NCBI GenBank assembly: GCA_031419815.1
Contig: JANOLM010000310.1
Coordinates: forward strand, 1 to 42,379
Length of the DNA stretch: 42,379 bases
Direction: 5' to 3'
Source: Bacteroidia bacterium
Lineage (GTDB): Bacteria > Bacteroidota > Bacteroidia > Cytophagales > Cyclobacteriaceae
Shown here: piece by piece, positions 37,350-42,379 of the stretch
Layout: the number at the start of each line of letters is the position of its first letter
Position numbering within the stretch: the first letter of the stretch is position 1
Position numbers and translations under genes: made by a program
Notes under the pieces: model-generated
What the model was told of the DNA's origin: nothing
Seen by the model: only the letters and a program-made list of their open reading frames with translations
The model's database searches: none

Positions 37350-38405
37350 TTATTTAATTGCGTTTCCATAACCAACAACCAACACTGATAGAATGATGGT
37401 TGAAATTCCCACTATGATGGTAGTTCTTGTTTTTTTACTTACCCCATTCCATTCCTTTAAGATAATACCCCAGCCATTTGCAATGAGTATAATGAAAGCC
37501 ATGTGTAGAATCCAGGAGCTTGCCCCATTGCCTAACTTACTTTCGCCCATTCCGTAAAAAAAGAATTGTAAAAACCAGGTAGTCCCTGCTAGTGCAGAGA
37601 AAATATAATTCTTACCAAGAGGCGACTTTGCATTTGTATAATCTCCAAAAGTTTTGTTACGGGCATTCAGCACCATGCACCAAATGAAATTAGTTGTAAG
37701 GCCACCCCACAATAAGACGACATACGTAACATTGTTTTGATAAAGTGGATTAAGTCCTGATGCAACGGCAGCCTCCGCCATAGGCTTTCCTGCTTCTATA
37801 CCGAAATTGAAACATGAACTTAAGATGCCAGACGCAATAGCAACGAATAATCCTTTTATCAAACTGAACTCTGCCACGCTTTCTTTCTTTTGGTCGTCCG
37901 ATAATTCTCGCTCTTTTAACATGCCTGCTCTTCCACAGATATAAATTCCAAGCAAGCATAATGCTACTCCGGCTAGCACAACCTGACCCCAGGTGGTAGT
38001 AATCATTTCTGTGAATGTTGTCTTGCCAGATGCTGGAAAGAAGTTGTAATAAATGGATGGCACTAAAGCACCGAATGCTGAACAAAACCCCAGGACAACA
38101 GAATTCCCTAACGACATGCCCAGATAGCGAACTCCTAAACCGTAGGTAAACCCACCGATGCCCCACAACACTCCAAACATTAGAGTATATTTTAGAGTTG
38201 CGGCAGGAGTATTCATGATAATTTCAGAAAATCCCGGAAGCGTAAGCCAGGCAGCAAGCGGGGGCACAATCAGCCACGAAAATACGCCACCAATGATCCA
38301 ATAACTTTCCCATGCCCAACCTCTTACTTTCTTAAAGGGCATGTAAAAGCTACCGGAAGCAAAGCCTCCAATGAAGTGGAATAGGATACCAAGGATTATT
38401 TGCAT
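37350..38405 (-). CDS. rhaT: L-rhamnose/proton symporter
   Basis: GSFYMPFKKV..WAWESYW, GVRYLGMSLG, WFLQFFFYGMG and SWILHM motifs. Start MQIILG at 38405. Confidence 0.96.
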   Translation of the reverse strand: MQIILGILFHFIGGFASGSFYMPFKKVRGWAWESYWIIGGVFSWLIVPPLAAWLTLPGFSEIIMNTPAATLKYTLMFGVLWGIGGFTYGLGVRYLGMSLGNSVVLGFCSAFGALVPSIYYNFFPASGKTTFTEMITTTWGQVVLAGVALCLLGIYICGRAGMLKERELSDDQKKESVAEFSLIKGLFVAIASGILSSCFNFGIEAGKPMAEAAVASGLNPLYQNNVTYVVLLWGGLTTNFIWCMVLNARNKTFGDYTNAKSPLGKNYIFSALAGTTWFLQFFFYGMGESKLGNGASSWILHMAFIILIANGWGIILKEWNGVSKKTRTTIIVGISTIILSVLVVGYGNAIK

Positions 38406-38494
38406 GAAGAGCTTATTTTTTAAAATTAAGCTGATATAAATTCTAATAAAAGTATAAGACACCCTTAGGATAACCATCCTGTACTTTCATGGAC

Positions 38495-38535
38495 AAAAAT
38501 AAAGGTCAGACAAGAATTAACTCGGCCGACCTTTT
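38495..38535 (-). terminator. Intrinsic terminator after the TIM-barrel gene, separating it from the rha operon
   Basis: Minus strand AAAGGTCGGCCGAG-TTAATT-CTTGTCTGACCTTT-ATTTTT (G-U pairs are valid on this strand). Confidence 0.7.
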
Positions 38536-38576
38536 CCTAGTCCTGTAAACCAGAATGAATGCGTTACTAAAATTTA

Positions 38577-39509
38577 CTATTGCAATTTTTGAAGGTTTGC
38601 GTAACTGGTAGCAACATTAACAAGTGGATCAGGTGCCTGATCTTGCTCCACAAAGAAATATTTCAACCCTGCTGTAGAAGCATCGGCAAAAATACGCTTC
38701 AGGTCAACATAACCTTCGCCTACTTCAACAGGGCGCTGCGTAATTCTGCTCAAGTCTTTTACGTGCCATAGCGGGAAACGCCCTGGGTTCTTCTTGAATA
38801 ACTCCAATGGATCGGTTCCTGATTTTGTTACCCAGCCAAGGTCAAGTTCCATTTTCAGGATGTCGCCACTTATTTGAGTAAGGAACATATCGTATGGAAG
38901 CTGGCCTTCCACTTTTTCAAATTCTTTTACGTGGTTGTGAAAAGCAAAACCAATACCCGCCTTCTTGCAAGCTTCACCAGTTTTACTCAATGTGTCAATG
39001 GATTGTTTGATTTCATCCATGGTATCAATAGGAGTGCTTGAGCAGACTAAATAATTAACTCCACCTTCTGCACAATCATCTACTACTTCCTGAAAATTGT
39101 CTCTTAGATTTTTCGTCACGGGCATTACAAGCGGCTTTCCATCTGAGCCTACGGGAGGTGTTGCACCAGCGGGCCTTCTGAAGGGAGCGCCACCACAATG
39201 GTGAGCCCGCCAGGTGAGTCCATACTCTTTTGCCTTGGCAGCAAATTCTTTTGGCTTCATTCCATAAAAGCCACCTTTCCGGCTAAAAGCCGATTCAAGT
39301 TCTTTGTATCCAATCTCAGCAATCTTCTTGAGGGTTCCGTCCAGATCAGCCTCTATTTTAGCTGTTACGGTATAGAGCTGAATGCCCGCAGGAATAGGCG
39401 CGGCCGCAGTACTATTAAAGAGAGACATTGCCGAAGATTCTTGGGCAATTGCCAAACTTCCTAAAGCCAGCGCTCCGGAGTTTTGCAGGAATTTTCTTCG
39501 ATTGATCAT
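38577..39509 (-). CDS. Tat-exported sugar phosphate isomerase/epimerase family (AP_endonuc_2 TIM barrel)
   Basis: NRRKFL Tat motif; GIQLYTV, FHNH..EF, MELDLGW, WHVKD and FVEQD metal-binding motifs. Confidence 0.9.
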   Translation of the reverse strand: MINRRKFLQNSGALALGSLAIAQESSAMSLFNSTAAAPIPAGIQLYTVTAKIEADLDGTLKKIAEIGYKELESAFSRKGGFYGMKPKEFAAKAKEYGLTWRAHHCGGAPFRRPAGATPPVGSDGKPLVMPVTKNLRDNFQEVVDDCAEGGVNYLVCSSTPIDTMDEIKQSIDTLSKTGEACKKAGIGFAFHNHVKEFEKVEGQLPYDMFLTQISGDILKMELDLGWVTKSGTDPLELFKKNPGRFPLWHVKDLSRITQRPVEVGEGYVDLKRIFADASTAGLKYFFVEQDQAPDPLVNVATSYANLQKLQ

Positions 39510-39532
39510 ATCGCTATTGGGTTAGGGTTTAA

Positions 39533-42379
39533 TTATTTTGATTTGGAAACTTCATTTTGAAATTGAATCTCTATCATTTGCATGAGGATTTGATTAGCAC
39601 TTGCTGTTGGGTTTTTAAACACGAAGTATATATTGTGAATACCTTCAATGGGCTCAAGTGTTGCTTTTGCATGTGTGGACATCATTCTTCTTACCGCGCT
39701 GCGATCAACCGGAGGTGCACCTGGCTTATTGGCATTACCAGCATTCATCAACGCCATCATTTTTCTGAAGTCAACATCTTTTGGCATTACCTGTTGAGTT
39801 CTCCCAATCAGTTTTCCATCGAGTGAATCAAGATGCACTTCAATAGTACCACCGATCGCTCCAACTCGTGGTTGAGCTTGAACCAACAACTCAATTTGTT
39901 TTATTCCCGTAAGGTCAAGGGCTTTGTAACCGAGATGTGCATTATCGCCCACCATGCTAAAAGAGCGGTTTGGAGTGGTGGTTAATAAAGTGCCTTTTGA
40001 TAAATCAGCTTTTTCAGGATTGAACGTTGGATTTCTCAGTGCAATGATTTTTTCAGAAGTCAGCGATGAAAGTTGTTGTGTGCCTTTGTCTTTGTAAGCA
40101 ACGCGCAGCAAGTAGCCACCTTTTCCATTGTCACCAGTTGGCACTTGTGTTATGAAAGTTCCTTTCATGGGGATTATTGCAGTGGTTGCTTTCTTTGTGC
40201 CAAGGCTCATGATGTATTTGATCATAGTAGTCGCATCTTGCGGTGTAACTTGTGGATGCGCGCTCATCGCGTGATCTCCCCAAACTCCACTACCTCCGGT
40301 AATAATCTTTCCTGAAATTCTTTCTTGTGAGGCTGCATCATTTTTATACTTGGCTGCAATATCCAAATAGCTAGGGCCCACAGATTTTTTATCAGTTAAG
40401 TGACAAGACTTGCAATCGCTTTTGCTGATCAGGTTAAATCCGGTTGAGAAGGTTGCCCACTCATCCGTTCCTTTATGGTTGGAAGCAATCTCGATCAGAT
40501 CAAAACCTTCCGGAACATAATCAAAGTTTACAGCCACTTCGGTTGCTGCGATCTTTTTATCAGCCAGACTTCCATCTTCCTTGTCGCCTACCTGAATGTT
40601 GTATTCCAATACCGTCTTAGGGAAGAAGAAACTTTTGTTTCCTTTCAGAATATCAATAGCAACAATAGGAGGATCATTTCCAGCTTTGACTTCCAATGCC
40701 TGTGTATTTTTTTCGCCTTTGCTATCCGTTACCGAGAACACGACAGAATAAACACCGGCTTGATCAAATGTCACCTTTGGATTTGCTTCTATTATCGTTT
40801 TATTAAATCCATTATCTGACTTTATTAACCACTCGTATTTCAATGCGTCTTTATCGTAATCGTCATAATCCATTGTACCTTCTGAAGAGAAATTAACATT
40901 CAATGGAAGTGCACCAGCTACAACATCGGCTCCTGCTTTTACAATAGGTCTGCGATTTCCACCATTGTATTCAATTTTTACAATCTGTGCATTGTCATTT
41001 CCGCGAAACCAGGCAGATCCATATTCCAATACATATAAGTCTCCTTGCGGTCCGAACTTCATATCAATAGCACTACTGAAGTTTTCGTTGGGTAGAAACT
41101 TTTCCATGGATTTATAATTGCCTTCATCATCCATGGTCACAGACATGATCCATCCACGCATGAACTCAACAATTAGTAATTTGCCTGCGTAATAGGAAGG
41201 AAAAGGGTGCGCAGCATTTTTAAAATCTTCTTTATGATAGACAGGACCACCGGTGGCACTTCGCCCCGAGCTTCCCACTAACGGAAATTCTTCGGAGTTG
41301 CTATAAGGATACCAGATAAAAGCTTTTTCCGGTAACGGTAATTCTATTAACCCAGTATTGTTTAGCGAGTTGTTTACTGGATGTTCTGCGTCAAATTTTT
41401 CTCCCACTTTTTCTGTCGCATAATCAAATTGACTATAGGCCTTGTTGTCTCCAATAAAATAAGGCCAGCCAAAGAATCCTGATTTCCGAGCCTGATTAAA
41501 TTCATCGTAACCTTTTGGCCCAATGATCGAATCTTTGGAAGAGTCGGGGCCAACTTCCCCCCAATAAATAAATCCTGTTTCGCTATCTATAGAAATGCGC
41601 CATGGATTTCGGTGACCCATCGTATAAATTTCAGGGCGGGTTTTATCCGTTCCTTTTTTGAATAAATTTCCATCAGGAATAGAATAGGTTCCATCATCTT
41701 CGGGATGAATGCGAAGTATTTTTCCGCGAAGGTCATTTGTATTTCCTCCTGTGCGTTGGTCATCCCAACTGGAACGGTCAGGGCGTTCATCGAGTGCAGA
41801 TGTGCCCGATACCGGATTGCCTGTATTGTTGCCAGTAGTTAGAAAGAGGTTGCCGTCTTTATCAAACACCATTCCACCGCCTGTATGGCAGCATGTTTCG
41901 CGTTGTGTAACTACTTCCAATACAATCTTTTTGGAAGATGCATACAATGAATCCCCATGCAGTTCCCACCGGGCCAATATGTGTTTGGCTTCAGCCGTGT
42001 CGGCATAGTACATGTATATCCACTTGTTTTTATCGAAATCCGGATGAGCGATAATTCCCATCAGTCCTTCTTCGGCTTCTGTTACTCTGCCTTCCTTGCT
42101 CGTATATTTTAAGTTAACAGGAATATTGCCGAGTACCTTTACTTCGCCAGTTTTTGTATCGAATGATTTTAGATTCCCTTTGCGTTCAACAAAAAGTATC
42201 CTCGCGTCATTCAAAAAGGTCATTTCCATCGGTTCATCCAGTTCACCTGGCTTGGTGAGCACCGTTGTGGTAAACCGGTTTTCTTCCGGAGCCACCGTTG
42301 TAGCTTTTTCATATTCTTTTGCACATGAAAGGAATAGTACCATTGCTATGATGAGCAGTTTTCCACTTTGGGCAGGGAT
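39533..42379 (-). CDS. GSDH (PQQ-dependent sugar dehydrogenase-like) + PKD + cytochrome c + CBM-like lipoprotein, 5' end probably outside the window
   Basis: Frame is open to the window edge (IPAQSGKLLIIAMVLFLSC, lipobox). EEGLMGI..HPDF, CCHTGG, GKILRI, MGHRNPWR, PKD (FSSEGT.D.D...YEW...TVTD), heme motif CKSCH with axial M (AMSAHP), and a CBM6-like tail. Confidence 0.9.
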   Translation of the reverse strand: MPAQSGKLLIIAMVLFLSCAKEYEKATTVAPEENRFTTTVLTKPGELDEPMEMTFLNDARILFVERKGNLKSFDTKTGEVKVLGNIPVNLKYTSKEGRVTEAEEGLMGIIAHPDFDKNKWIYMYYADTAEAKHILARWELHGDSLYASSKKIVLEVVTQRETCCHTGGGMVFDKDGNLFLTTGNNTGNPVSGTSALDERPDRSSWDDQRTGGNTNDLRGKILRIHPEDDGTYSIPDGNLFKKGTDKTRPEIYTMGHRNPWRISIDSETGFIYWGEVGPDSSKDSIIGPKGYDEFNQARKSGFFGWPYFIGDNKAYSQFDYATEKVGEKFDAEHPVNNSLNNTGLIELPLPEKAFIWYPYSNSEEFPLVGSSGRSATGGPVYHKEDFKNAAHPFPSYYAGKLLIVEFMRGWIMSVTMDDEGNYKSMEKFLPNENFSSAIDMKFGPQGDLYVLEYGSAWFRGNDNAQIVKIEYNGGNRRPIVKAGADVVAGALPLNVNFSSEGTMDYDDYDKDALKYEWLIKSDNGFNKTIIEANPKVTFDQAGVYSVVFSVTDSKGEKNTQALEVKAGNDPPIVAIDILKGNKSFFFPKTVLEYNIQVGDKEDGSLADKKIAATEVAVNFDYVPEGFDLIEIASNHKGTDEWATFSTGFNLISKSDCKSCHLTDKKSVGPSYLDIAAKYKNDAASQERISGKIITGGSGVWGDHAMSAHPQVTPQDATTMIKYIMSLGTKKATTAIIPMKGTFITQVPTGDNGKGGYLLRVAYKDKGTQQLSSLTSEKIIALRNPTFNPEKADLSKGTLLTTTPNRSFSMVGDNAHLGYKALDLTGIKQIELLVQAQPRVGAIGGTIEVHLDSLDGKLIGRTQQVMPKDVDFRKMMALMNAGNANKPGAPPVDRSAVRRMMSTHAKATLEPIEGIHNIYFVFKNPTASANQILMQMIEIQFQNEVSKSK

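Noticed and set aside
1479-42008. Numerous short antisense or alternate-frame ORFs in the track (e.g. 16640-17026, 17478-17852, 37750-38166, 40475-40819)
   Set aside because: They are shadows of well-supported genes and show no recognisable motifs.
1-42379. CRISPR array, tRNA, rRNA, integrase/transposase, reverse transcriptase
   Set aside because: No regularly spaced direct repeats or recognisable motifs were seen by eye; covariance-model searches were not run.

Overview
Chromosomal window from a Bacteroidota genome, probably Cytophagales, judged from the SusC/SusD pair, a T9SS C-terminal domain and TAnnTTTG promoters. Left to right it holds: a RelE/ParE toxin-antitoxin pair, a SnoaL protein, a secreted zincin protease, a secreted TPR-CHAT (caspase-like) protease, a SusC/SusD pair, a 7TM-DISM histidine kinase with a NarL-type response regulator, and a divergent three-gene surface operon (fibre-like repeat protein, LRR/Ig T9SS cargo, lipoprotein). 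These are followed by a PiT transporter, orphan pdeM, CapA, an OM barrel, LTA synthase, an amidohydrolase, TerB, a GIN protein, type III glnA, SET and MaoC genes, a complete L-rhamnose operon, a Tat TIM-barrel protein and a GSDH-PKD-cytochrome c lipoprotein cut by the window edge. The most notable signal is a palindromic box, AAAATACC-N8-GGT(A/T)TT, with NarL 7-2-7 geometry. It sits the same distance (19 nt) from the -7 promoter element upstream of both the TPR-CHAT gene and the fibre operon, with a further copy upstream of the regulator itself. This suggests a co-regulated sensor/secreted caspase-like protease/surface fibre module. Also seen: a two-copy MITE-like element (one compact, one with nested REP-like sequence), several 7-8 nt periodic hairpins in operon spacers, and an unannotated 51-aa basic ORF divergent from glnA. 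No CRISPR, rRNA, tRNA or transposase was recognised. All calls come from manual motif reading; no searches were run.
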